A DNA stretch of 64,000 nucleotides from Thalia democratica (Eukaryota): the NCBI GenBank assembly GCA_965202585.1, contig OZ241826.1, positions 74,462,001-74,526,000 of the forward strand, in the 5' to 3' direction. The notes beneath the pieces were generated by a model. That model was not told the DNA's origin, ran no database searches, and saw nothing but the letters and a program-made list of their open reading frames with translations. Position numbers and translations under genes: made by a program. Below, piece after piece: positions 52,593 through 64,000 of this stretch (the first letter of the stretch is position 1; each line of letters begins with the position of its first letter).

Positions 52593-52679
52593 CTTGAAAA
52601 GCTTCCTACGAAAAAATGTAGCTTGAAAAGCTTCCTACGAAAAAATATAGCTTGAAAAGCTTCCTACGAAAAAATGCAG
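52593..52679. repeat. 29-bp tandem repeat, 3 copies (CTTGAAAAGCTTCCTACGAAAAAATRYAG)
   Basis: Units at 52593-52621, 52622-52650 and 52651-52679 differ only in the last 4 nt. Confidence 0.95.
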
Positions 52680-53824
52680 CAGACGGAAAGCATAAAAATG
52701 ATTGCGACCCTTGTCATGAAACTTGTGCTTACAAAAAGTCAATACAAAACTGTAATTTTAACATTAAACTTTAAACGTCAAATATGTTGCTTAACTGTAT
52801 TCTGATGTTTTTTATACAGTAATATCCCAGTAATATTCCACTCGCTTAAAATTCATGCATTTACTCAGGAAGTCATGTGAGGAGCATGGCACAGGCATTC
52901 TTTGAAAAATATTGTAAATGTTAATCTTTTTTCAACAGTTTTTAGAATTTTGTAAATATATTTAGCACCAGTCATATAACGATTACTGTAGGAGTAATTT
53001 AGAAATTTTGTATAAGTAACAACTACTGTATATTTGTATTAAAGGCAGTTATTTTTCCTACTGCCTGTCAATGAAACGAAGCTTCGCTTCTGACATCTCC
53101 CTGTCTGCCTTTAGTGTTAAAAAAGTATATTTTTTTTTACACGGCCCGTCACTCTGCTAGTAGAAATTATTAGGCAATTATTACAAAATTATTTTTGATC
53201 CACGTTAATTCATGTGAATTTGTAAAAAGTAAAACTTTGAAATTACGACTATTATGGTATAACCCTATAGTCTCAATATGTATAAATTTAAAAGTATTGG
53301 ACTAATATAATAAATATTTGAAAAACATGGTATACAGTTAGTTCAAATTATACTTAAAAAATGTCTTTGTAAAGTAGTTTACATTGTTAACCTTCTACTT
53401 AAAGAAGGAAATAGAAAAAAAATATTTCATTATTCTAAAGAAAATTTATAAGCAAAATCTGTTAACTAAATAAGTTTCACTTTTTTTTTATAAAACAATC
53501 AAAACAAGTTTTAACACAAAATAGGAAATGATTTCAACAATTATGGCAAGTTTGTAAGTTTATATATGTAAAATCAAAACATGAACAGTATATTCAGAAA
53601 CTTAATTAACTTGATTACTCTTGCTTTCGCGACGTGTTCCGAAACGTAAAGAAGGTGAAGCTGCCGATGAGCGAACTTTTGAAGAAAATCGAGGAAGTCC
53701 TGATGTTAAACGACGTGAGGTGAAGTAATTTGCGTGTGATGCTGACTTCTCTATTAATTTTTATGTTTTAGTTCTGACTTTAATAAACTATATAACTTTT
53801 TTTTTGTATATTACCCTTCTTGAC

Positions 53825-54133
53825 CACAGGTCGGCAAGCTGCGGCCGGTGAGCCAAATGCTCAAAGTCAAAATTTACAGCCCGCGAGGTAATGATGTATA
53901 GACCAGGATAAGAATTATATATAAACTATATTAAAAGAAAAGCTTAATTATTAATCATCAGTAGAGCTCTACTATTGCACATTTTTGAATAAAGAGAGTT
54001 TTTTTTATTTTTTGATTATTATAAATACTTTGAAATAACTGCTGCCCACCGAAGACGTTTTTATACAGTGCAGCCCGAGAGCAAGCTTTTGTAGGAAAAT
54101 TGGCCCGCGTTTATGAAAGGCTGCCGACCCCTA
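53825..54133. mobile_element. hAT/Charlie-like MITE, degenerate
   Basis: Ends cacaggtcggcaagct and aggctgccgaccccta resemble the CAGGGGTCGGCAACC TIR type. Internal cggccg/ggcccgcg motifs; the 8-nt flanks ttcttgac and ccctagac match at 5/8. Confidence 0.7.
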
Positions 54134-56142
54134 CCCTAGACCTAGTGTTGAATATTTTAGCTTTTCTTTAACTTGATAAATGTGTAAAATCTAGTTTTTG
54201 AAATACTTAGTAATATGTTGACCTTCTTATAAGTTGTTAACAAACTGCTACTTTTGAACTATAAAACTTTTAAAACCATTAACAATTCATAACTGAAAGA
54301 AGATATTATTTTTTTTTTGTTTTTAACCTTTGCTTTGTTAAAACTTCGGGCTTTAAATTATTATTAAACTGTCTCAATTGTTGTTACATAAACTGTTATA
54401 CTGATTTCTTAATTGATTGCAGTCGTAACTATTTTTTACATCTATGTGAAATTTTATCGCAACTAATTTTTTATTGTGTTGGTTTAACTTGATTCAGTAA
54501 ATTTACTAAAAAAGTAATTTTCACAAACGGTTAATGTGATGAAGTATACTTTTTTTAATGAACTTTTAGTAAAGGGATAATTTTTAATGACTTTTGAGGT
54601 ATTCATTCTCCTGAAAAAAAAAGATTATTACTTAAGCGTTATTGATGAAGTTTTCACTAAATTATATAAAATAGCAAAAATACAATACAACTAAACACTT
54701 TTTCGGATTTCAAAATGTTCAGATAATACAGTTAATTCACAAAAATATAGAAAGAGTCAATTTAAAAAAAGTTATATAACAATTTATGTTTATAAGTTTT
54801 AAAAATATATATTGTAGTTTGATGATTTAAAAGTCTTTTTTTTCTATCCAGGACATTTGTACTATCTTAAGCAATAAAAAAGCTTCTTATATTGTATTTT
54901 TAAAGACTATTTAAGTAGATATTTTTAGATATTTGATTTTATAGAATTTATAATTATTTTTTCGTACACCAAGTCCTTAGACTAAACTTTTTTTCAGCAT
55001 TTTATTCAGTCGTTAAAAAAACAACGTTCATATAGCATTGAATGTTAAGTAATTTAAACTTTTAATTTAAAACTTTTAAAACTCTAATGATTTTAACTTA
55101 TTAAAAAAAGCATCATAGAAGTAAATTTATAGTTCAGATAATTTTTCAATACAGTCTGTATCTTTAAAAGTATAGCGTTTTTTTTTTTAGAGACTGTTGA
55201 AAACAAAAAAATTAAATTGAAGTAAAATGAAATGTAATAGGTTTTTGAATTCGATTATATATTTTAAATATTTCTTATTTATTAAAAACATCATAAAACA
55301 AACCTGGGTCTTTGATATTAAACTTTTAAATTAATTCTTTTCATTGTTTTGAATGTTAATAAACTTTTATAAGTTCTACTTTTAGGTCCTAGGAACAAAT
55401 ACTTTAAGCGCTCTTTTTGTCTTTCATTAAACTCTTTTGAAAAATTTATGATAATTTTTAAAGACAAACTTTAAAAAAGATTTCTTCTATTTTTTTATTT
55501 ATGATTCATTAACCATGTACAAGTGTTATAGTATATATTTTTTTCAGTTTTTACATCCATTGAGTCCTGACCTTCTTTAAAAAACACCAATTAAGTAGCT
55601 TATCATGGAAAATTTACTTGTAGCAATTACTGTTGTCATTTTAAGCTTAGTAAAAGCTATCATTAGTATCTGTTTATTAGTATGTAAAACTTATGTATTT
55701 AAGTTTTTGTTTGGAAAGTTTAGTATTATTGAGTTACTTTTTTAAAGTTAGTAACAAAACTTAATTATCATACTTGTTGGAAAAAATAGAACAAGGGTTT
55801 AATAAAAAAAAGTGTTATACTTTAAATTTTTTGTAATCTAATTAAGTTTAGTTGCTGTATATAAATAACTAAAACACTTTTTTGCTGAATATGTTGCAAA
55901 ATTTTCTAATTTGCTGATTTATGAGTTAGACAGTTAAGTGAAGTTTTATTTTGTAAAGTTTGAACACTTTTAATATATCTACAAAATACAACTTCACTAA
56001 ACTGTTCAACTTATAAGGCAGCAAGTTGACACAATTTTATTCAAAGCTTACTTCTAATAATAAATAATAATAACTAGGCAAGAAAAATTGAAGAGTTTTT
56101 GTTTAAAAGATTTACAACTAGCTTTTATTAGTTTACTACACA

Positions 56143-59100
56143 ATGGAGTAAGTATTGAAATTATTATTAAACATTGGATATTTTTTTTAAATCATTTAAC
56201 TTTCTTTCTTGATTACTTATTATTGTTTAAAAGTAAGTTTTGTTGAGGTAAAATTTGTTTAAAATTTATTTTTAAAGTGAATTAGCTAAAATTTCAGCTA
56301 AAATCATTATATAGAAAAACAACTGTGTTTTTTTTTACAATTTTAATCGTTAATTGTATTATCAGTATGTATGTAAAAGTATAGTTAAAACACATCTTAG
56401 TTTGTACAGTAATTTTTTCAGCAATAACTTTACTAAAGAAAAGTAAAAATATGTGAAGATGTATTTGAAATAAAGTAAACATTTTGCATGTTTAATGTGT
56501 ACAGATGTAAAACGTGTGAACAAACAATAGTTTGATAAATAATTTTTTTTTAGGAAATTAATAAAATTTACTTATCAAAACATGGCGATGGACAACCAAA
56601 AAGGCAATCACTTCCAAATTTCATCAAAAAAAGCTGATGAAACTCTGCCGACAGTTTCTGCTGGAGCTCCTCAAGCAACCGACCCCGCTACAAAAAACAG
56701 ATTCTCGAGCATTATAGAGGACATTGTAAGTAGTGAGTTGCTTAGAGAATCTGTTGCACCCCGATTTGCCAGCGATGGTCGGTTTATCAGTTCGTTTTTT
56801 GGCGGAAAGAAAAAGAACGTCACAGTGTCGAACATCTTGCTGGCTCAAGGTATGTTATACTTTTTATAATAACCTGTTTAATTTTTATAGTTAATAACCG
56901 TTTTATTTTAAAAATATATAATTGTTTAATAGTCTGTACTAGACAGAGCTAAAGGTATTAATTAGTAAAATTTATAGTAACTAATTTATAAATGTATTCG
57001 TTCAAGACTTTATTTTACAAACTAAGTTTTGGTCAAAGACCTCGTCAGTTCTTAAATAAATCTAAAAAGATAAGTAAATGTCATAGAAAATAGCATTAAA
57101 ACAATTGAATAAAAACAAATTTTTACTTTAAATTTCTACATAAAATAAACTAAATTATTTATTTAAAAATATAATTCTAAAACTATAAAAGAAATCTGCT
57201 CACTTTTTTTTTTCTTAAAAATCTACAACTAGTTTCAATTTGATAATCATTTTTAAGTAGATTTTACATGTACTAAAAAACACAAAGATATAATATAACT
57301 ACTTCACACAATACTAAAACTACAGTTAAGGCTAAATGATAATAAAATACTAATACGTATCTTAGAACTTAAACAAGAAAGCATCTTAAATTTAACGTGT
57401 TTGTAATGCATCATGCTTAAGCACACCAATTACTGCCGAATTCTCTGCCGAATGCTCATAACTTTCAAAATGTTGTTTATTTTATATCCAAAATAACAAT
57501 GTTGTTTATTATTTTGGGAAAATAGTTTGTTTTTAATAAAAAAACTGTTTTTTTTTTTCAATACTGGAAGCACGTTTAGAAAACTGTGAAAAACAGTTTA
57601 CAACATTCGCTTTTAAATAAATTTATCGCGTGAATACTGCGACAATAGTAACTAGTTTATAGTAAATATTTATAGAAAGTGACCAAAAAGCTAGTTTAAC
57701 AGAGAAGAATGGAGATGGTAAAGACAGACACGAACTGGCAGACAAAGTTGAATCAGATAGCTGGAGTAAAAAGGTAAAAAAAACGTGAATTATTTTTAAG
57801 GTAGTCTAAGTTCAATTTTAAACGCTTGAATTTTTCTTTAAACCTTAACAAACTTTATTAAAAATTGCGGTGTAAAAAGTTTATATCCTTTATAATTTCT
57901 AAATCATACATATATGGTTTGATTGAAATCAATTAAACAAAAAACGTTTTAAGAGAAAACTAAGGTTTAAAGATAAACTATCTTGAATTTTTTAATTTTA
58001 TTTTATTTTCTATCTAGCTTTTCTCATAAAAGTTATATAAAAACTAAAGATAGTTGGTATTACAAAATAGCTTTCTGTTTAACTATTTTGTTAAAATGAT
58101 TAACATTATTTACAACTAGTGCTTATCTGCTTTACTTAATGCTTAATAGAAAGTCTAGCTTTATTAAGTTAACTTTTGTAATATACTTTAACAATGTACT
58201 AAAGTCGTTTTTAAAGAGTAAAAAAACAAGCTTAATGTTCTCAAGTTATAAAAATCTAATTTTCTCTCAGGCGCGGTGGTCAATTGTTAAACTGGCGAAA
58301 AGCTTCATGGATAAACCTGATGCAGCTCACTCGCCTGGTTAGTTTACAAAAAACTAATATTTTTTAAAGTTTTTCAGTTGCAGTTTTAATTCAGGTTTTC
58401 CTCTTACTTTATTTTTATTTTTTAAACCTAAGTGGGTAAACAAAAAATTAGATTCAGTGCGTGATTATAAATGATGACTGCTTTAAATTAAGTATGTTTG
58501 TTCCTACTGCAGTTCACAAAACTAACTACAAAAATTTATCAATTTTATCTAGGAAGCAAGCCACGCGGCTCGACAATGGAAAATAAAATAAAGACCCAGT
58601 ACGGCAACATCCCAGCTTCTATTCCGAGTATGTGTAATTTGTAGTAAATATTTAAAATTCAACTTTAAGCTGTTCTCTGTTTTCAGATACAAAATCCAAA
58701 CTCATTTTTCTTTAAATTTTAAAATATACTAAAACTGTTTAATTCTTTTTTTTTAATAAAAGCTCTCAGAATTGAATCGTAGACTTCAAAACCACAGGTG
58801 AAATCTCACGAAACATTGTTAGGATATGTCGTCAACTGATGTTTAACTTAATAAACTTTACTAATTGTATTTTCAGTTTCACACGGCGATGACTTTCCAA
58901 GCTTCAAAAGTCCTTCCGAATACGAAGAATTTCTACATCAAAAACGTCTCATGGCTCAACACGAGAGATATAAGTTGTATCAAGAAATCAAGGACACTTT
59001 TATCCTTGGTGTGCTTATTGGTGGCGGTGCGGCACTCTCACCGATTATATCCATCTATAAAGAGATCGACATGCCGCGTAAGGCAAAAGCAAAATTAGTT

Positions 59101-59184
59101 GCTAGAGTGTGCAGCAGCCACGCACTAATCTTTGCCCACGTTTTAATTCTTAATGCTCTTCGTGATCATTTTATGACAAAGTAG
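56143..59184 (+). CDS. Uncharacterised ~282-aa protein with two C-terminal hydrophobic helices (ROMO1/Mgr2/Tim17-like tail, tentative)
   Basis: join(56143-56147,56554-56849,57676-57773,58271-58337,58553-58627,58877-59184) = 849 nt. GT-AG introns (gtaagt, gtatgt, gtaaaa, gttagt, gtatgt) with phases 2,1,0,1,1 all matching; open to TAG. The start is uncertain. Confidence 0.8.
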
Positions 59185-59720
59185 TAGTTTATTTTCTCCT
59201 TTTTGTAATTTTCATGAAATTTTTCTGAACGTTTTCAATTTTTTGTTACACGACGCTTTCGAAATTAATTTAATTCGTTTTGTGCTGTAAATTATGTTAA
59301 TTTTCTTTATACCTATGTTCAAAAATATGCAAAGATAGTTGAATTCTTTTGGTTCGTTTAAAATTAAAGTCCTTTGTTAATCAAAACTAGCTGTTTTTTA
59401 CTTTAGAAAAAAAAATGCTATTTTGTAAATAAATAAACAAGTAAAGAAATTCTGTGAACACTTATTGTATAAGTAAAGCGTTATAAAAACAGTTTCAAAT
59501 TTTTTATTCTTTTTAGTACATAGTTTACTATAAATGTTTTGAAACTAAAGCTACTAATAAACAATAGCTTAGCAAAAATTAAGTATTTTATTAGTGACTG
59601 TTAGACAGTAGTTATCTAAGTTTAAATAGTGGTCTTAAGATATATTTTAACGTAACGTTTAATGTAAGCTATATCGGTTTATTTAACTTAGTCTGTAATG
59701 GTTCTAATTTATAACTTTAT

Positions 59721-59955
59721 GGGAGTCGATCATTTCTAACCCGCTATCATTTCTAACCCGATCACTTCTAACCCGATCACTTCTAACCCGATCACTTCTA
59801 ACCCGATCATTTTTAACCCGATCATTTTTAACCCGATCATTTCTAACCCGTTCACTTTTAATACGATCGTTTCTAACCATATTACTTCAAACCCGATCAT
59901 TTCTAACGTGTTCACTTCTTACCCGATCATTTCTAACCCGATCGTTTCTAACCAA
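59721..59955. repeat. 15-bp tandem array (ATCA(T/C)TTCTAACCCG x15) starting at GGGAGTCG; probable DNA-transposon terminus
   Basis: 15 units in register at 59729-59955, with a 2-nt insert after unit 1 and increasing divergence inward. Confidence 0.9.
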
Positions 59956-60279
59956 TTCTACTTGTTTATTTTATTTTTATTTTTTTTATCTGGATTTTAT
60001 GCCAAAACAAACTAGTCAAAATAAAGTCATTTTAATGTTTTCTTTTTTAGATTTTTAGTATCTTTAAAACATTATGATTTTAATGTGTTACATAAAAAAC
60101 ATTGTTAGTATAAATTTTAATTTTAGTATTGACTTAACATAAGTTTTATTAATTTTATTATCTCATTTTTTGATATTTCATCCTACACATAAATTCTTTT
60201 TTTTTCATAACTTCATATTTTTCGTTCTTTTAATCTACTTTACAGACGTTTTTCGTTAATCATATACAATTCACTACAG

Positions 60280-61382
60280 CAGTGCTTCTGAACCTTTTTC
60301 TAGTGGCGGAACCCTTTTCCAAAGATCAACTTTTCCGCGGAACCCCTAATTTAATTTTACATAAAATGTTTAATATAATATTTCCTGCAAAAAAACAAAA
60401 GAATTTCAGTGAAAAACGAGTTTTTTAGCAAAACTATATCATTGATCATACCAATTGTAATAGTATTAAGTCGAGTCAAACTCAAAGTGCAATAGGTATT
60501 TTATGATTCTATAATAAATAAACGAAAATAAACATGATTAATCGCAACGTCATAAAAAGCTTTCCTTGCATAATAAAAACAAAATGAGAGCTAAAAACAA
60601 TAACGAAATAACATGAACCTAATCGAATTCACAGGTTACTGTAATAAACGGGTAAGATGCCTAATGAAGAATAAATAAAAAACATTTAGTGCGAAACTTG
60701 AACTTGTCTCTTAGCAACAAGCATGTCAATGCGCAGCTGGATTTTGGATAGACTGAGGAAGATAAGGTTGGAGTCAGGCAAGGTTGGAGTCAGGAGACAG
60801 GCAGATAAGGTTGGAGTCAGCATACAGTTCCTTTGCTTCGTTTTAATGTTTGTTACATGCGAAAAGCTGGACTTGCAAAGATAAATGGTGGTGAATGGTA
60901 AAATAAATTTTACTGCATGTTTTTCTAAGATGGGGTACTCTAAAATTGCACATATCCAAAAATCTAAAAGCTCCTTCCCTTTGAAACTCAATTTTAAATT
61001 GCTATGTTCAAATAGTTGCAGCAACTCTTTTTCTGTATCTGTAGGAAGATTCTATTCTTTTGAAGCAATATCACACATAAAAGGATTCAAAATGCATAAA
61101 TTTCCGATGCGAACATCTTCAGGAAAATAATGTTAAAACTTTATAGACAAAAGATCAAGGTTGGTTGTAAATTTCGTCAGAGAAGTTAAACCACTAAGCA
61201 GATCAATGAATGCTATAATTATATATGTTTTCCATTTTATGTGTTCCATTTTTTTGAAGTTTTATGATCTATGTTTTATTTTTTCTTTAAATTTTTTTTT
61301 TTAATTTCGAAAGGCTTCGTGGAACCCCTGAAAGGCGTCGCGGAACCCTAGGGTTCCGCGGAACCCCATTTCAGAAGCACTG
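60280..61382 (-). mobile_element. Non-autonomous hAT (Charlie/Buster-like) element
   Basis: Perfect 13-bp TIRs CAGTGCTTCTGAA (60280-60292) and TTCAGAAGCACTG (61370-61382). GGAACCC subterminal motifs, a 22-bp palindrome at 61339-61360, and flanking direct repeat CTACAG. Confidence 0.92.
60686..61215 (-). pseudogene. hAT transposase C-terminal (dimerisation-domain) fragment
   Basis: FW..AILEYP.L...A...ILPFTTIYLCKSSFS...IKTKQRN...LSKIQ.RID.L....Q...SH matches the Charlie/ZBED/FAM200-type transposase C-terminus. Stops occur upstream of the 112-aa ORF and the catalytic core is absent. Confidence 0.88.
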
Positions 61383-64000
61383 CTACAGCGTTTACTTTAC
61401 AATATTTTGAAAAATTCTTTGTAGGATTTTAAAGTAAGCAGTTATAACTATAACTATATTTAAGTTGGATCTCATAATAATTCACGTGACTACGATAATT
61501 TAAGATAAGCAAATTTTAAAAAGTAAACCTTTACAATTGTAATATTCAGATACAAAAATTTAATATTACGGTCTAAAAACTACATTGTAAGTCTGTTGCA
61601 AATGTTGTATTATTGCTGACTAGTGTATTAACGCTTTATAATAGGTTAATTTTAAGTTTATTATAACAACTTTTACAAATTGTTATACAACTTGCATAGG
61701 CCTATTAAGATAATTGAATTCAAACAAATATTAAGAGAAATTTAATATTTTAGTTATATTAAGTAAAAAAGCATTATTTTAAGGTATAACCTAGATGTTT
61801 AAACAGTTATTTCATATAACAAACCGCAAAAGTATGTTACTTCGATTGGCCGTCTTGATTTCACATCAATAATAAATTCTACTTAGTCCTAGAGCAAAAA
61901 AAAATCACTAATTATTAAACAGACATGTTTATTTGTATAACAAGTCCGAGGTTAATTAAATCTCGCCCAGGTAATCTTCTTTAAAACTTTTACTTAAATC
62001 TATATAATATACAAAATGTTTCAATTACGTCTTAAATAAGTACTTTAGTTAACAAAAATTTCTTTAAAGTTTACTTTATTATGAACAGTTAAAATAACGT
62101 AAGTAGAAACTAAATAAGTACTAAAAAAACATTTTGAAATAGAGTAATAAATTAATTATAATTAAATTAAGTGTAACTAGGAGCAGAAGTTTATGAAAAA
62201 TCCATCAAGTTCTTTTTTTCCTCTATTCAACTATTTTTTCAGACGATTATTACACGCAACTTATTTACTTTTTATTCATTAAAGTAAAGTCAGCTTGAAG
62301 TCTATTGACTTTATTTTCGGTGTTTTTTTGCACCTCTAAATCTCTATAAATGTCATGAGATTTTTCATATCTAGAAATTTAAATCTATATTACAGTTTCA
62401 CATTACAAAAAAAAATTATTATTTTTTATAAGTTTTTAAGTTATATAAAGTAATCAAATAATTTATACTTCTATATCATATTTAATTATCGCTAAGTAAT
62501 CTAAAGTTTTTGTGTTTTCGGAAACCTGTTAAGCAATAACTTTTAAAAGATATCAAAAATATTTTTAAAAGAAGTTTCTACTAATAATCGTGAGAAACTG
62601 TTTTTGTAATTTTAAATTTTGAAAACCTTTAAATTTTTATGATAAATGTAAATTTATATTGCTCTATATACATCATATTTTGAAAGAAAAAAAATCAAAA
62701 TAATAAGTTTTCAACACTTAACTTTTATTGTCAAGTTTAATATTAAATATATCTTATTTAATCTTTAAACATAATTTACCGTTGACTAAAAGAAAGAAAA
62801 TTAAATTTAAGTTCTAGTAGATTACAGGTTCTAAATATTAAAAAACATTTACCTCTACTTTTGACTTATTTAACAGATTCACTTTCGTTTTAAGAACTTA
62901 GAATTTAATAATGATAATTCCAAATGAAACCATCATACTAATTACGATTAATAAATTTTATTAACTGTATTATTTCAAGTTTCATATATACAGTCATTAA
63001 TATTCTTAAAAAGTTGTACAATATATAAACTCGCCCTAAATTTGAATGCAACTTGCCAATCTGGTCTCCATATTTGAAAAATAAATATTAACTATATAGA
63101 ATCTCTTTAAAGAAAAAATACGGATTAGTCTTTAACGGCTGCAATACTCGTTATATTTCTTACATTGACGACTATCAAAACTTAATATTTAATGTTTAGA
63201 ATTCAAAAGACTGATAATTTTCCTAATGCTTTTTAAAACTAATTAACTAAATAAATTTTTAATAAATTTTTAAACCTTATTAATTAAATTAGAAAATAAA
63301 TCGAAAAAATCATGCAGTCATAATTATTTTTCAGTTTAAATGTGGAATTAACTTTCAAACAAAACTATTTTTTGCGAAAAAAATTGAACAATTTTGATTT
63401 AAACTTACTTGATAAAGATAGGATAATTTATACTAGAAACTATCAGTAACTTAACAAGTTTTTAAACTTATAAACCATTGATATAATATGTAGAATTTGA
63501 TTCATTCTATAGTTTGATTTTATTAGCAGCGCCTTTCCTCTGTAAATAATACACCGTTCTTTAATTTTTCTATATATATTTATTTGATCTGTATTCTTAA
63601 TGTGCATTGGACTTAAAATTTTAAATTTAGTGGTTAGTCAATGCACTTAAACTTTTAATTTTTTTTCAATTGTCTGTACCTTAGTTCCAATAATGTTTAT
63701 TTTAACGTTATCGATTATGCTTTGGCAAAGCGACAAAAATAATTGATAAAAAACAATGAAATGCCAAACGGTTGCACAAATGTACAGAACCTAACTCTAA
63801 AAGTCAGGATGTGTAAACCCGGTTGATGTTTGAACAAGAATAAATTTTATTCATGAACTTTTGTAGTTTGTTTGAATTCTGACATTTTAGTATGTTCTAA
63901 AAGAATTTTATAAAAGTAACCATGAACCTTATTTTAATGAAGAAATGTGTGATTCAGACTATTTAGCTGATTACTGCACTAAAATCATTGAAATAATTTA

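Noticed and set aside
58687-58797. Additional small exons in the 56-59 kb gene
   Set aside because: The acceptor at 58686 leads to a stop after 9 codons, and a 15-nt micro-exon (58783-58797) has a weak acceptor; the model is already in phase without them.
59729-59955. CRISPR array or interstitial telomere
   Set aside because: Head-to-tail 15-mers with no unique spacers and no cas genes in a eukaryotic context; the period is 15, not 6.
1-64000. tRNA, rRNA, or familiar muscle miRNAs (miR-1/133)
   Set aside because: No cloverleaf, rRNA motif or mature miRNA match was recognised by eye; an Infernal/tRNAscan search would be needed to exclude them.

Overview
AT-rich, intron-rich animal genomic DNA; an invertebrate chordate, probably a tunicate, is inferred from the MyBP-C-type gene and AT-rich GT-AG introns. 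Four protein-coding loci can be assembled by hand. (1) The last 12 coding exons of a myosin-binding protein C-like gene (+, 987-22477; domains C5-C10). (2) A tail-to-tail, 4-exon RASSF9/10-family gene (-, 26368-32434; ~1031 aa). (3) An intronless 374-aa secreted, probably GPI-anchored orphan (+, 48192-49316) built from two copies of a Cys-patterned module that resembles the fusion domain of class III viral fusogens; this is the best novelty candidate and the homology is inference only. (4) A 6-exon ~282-aa orphan (+, 56143-59184) with a ROMO1/Mgr2-like two-helix C-terminus. Mobile DNA includes a hAT/Charlie deletion derivative with a transposase fragment, a hAT MITE, two Mutator-like MITEs with TSDs and a 15-bp tandem array at a probable transposon end. 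No rRNA, tRNA or CRISPR array was recognised. Exon models come from manual translation and splice-phase matching, without expression data or database searches.
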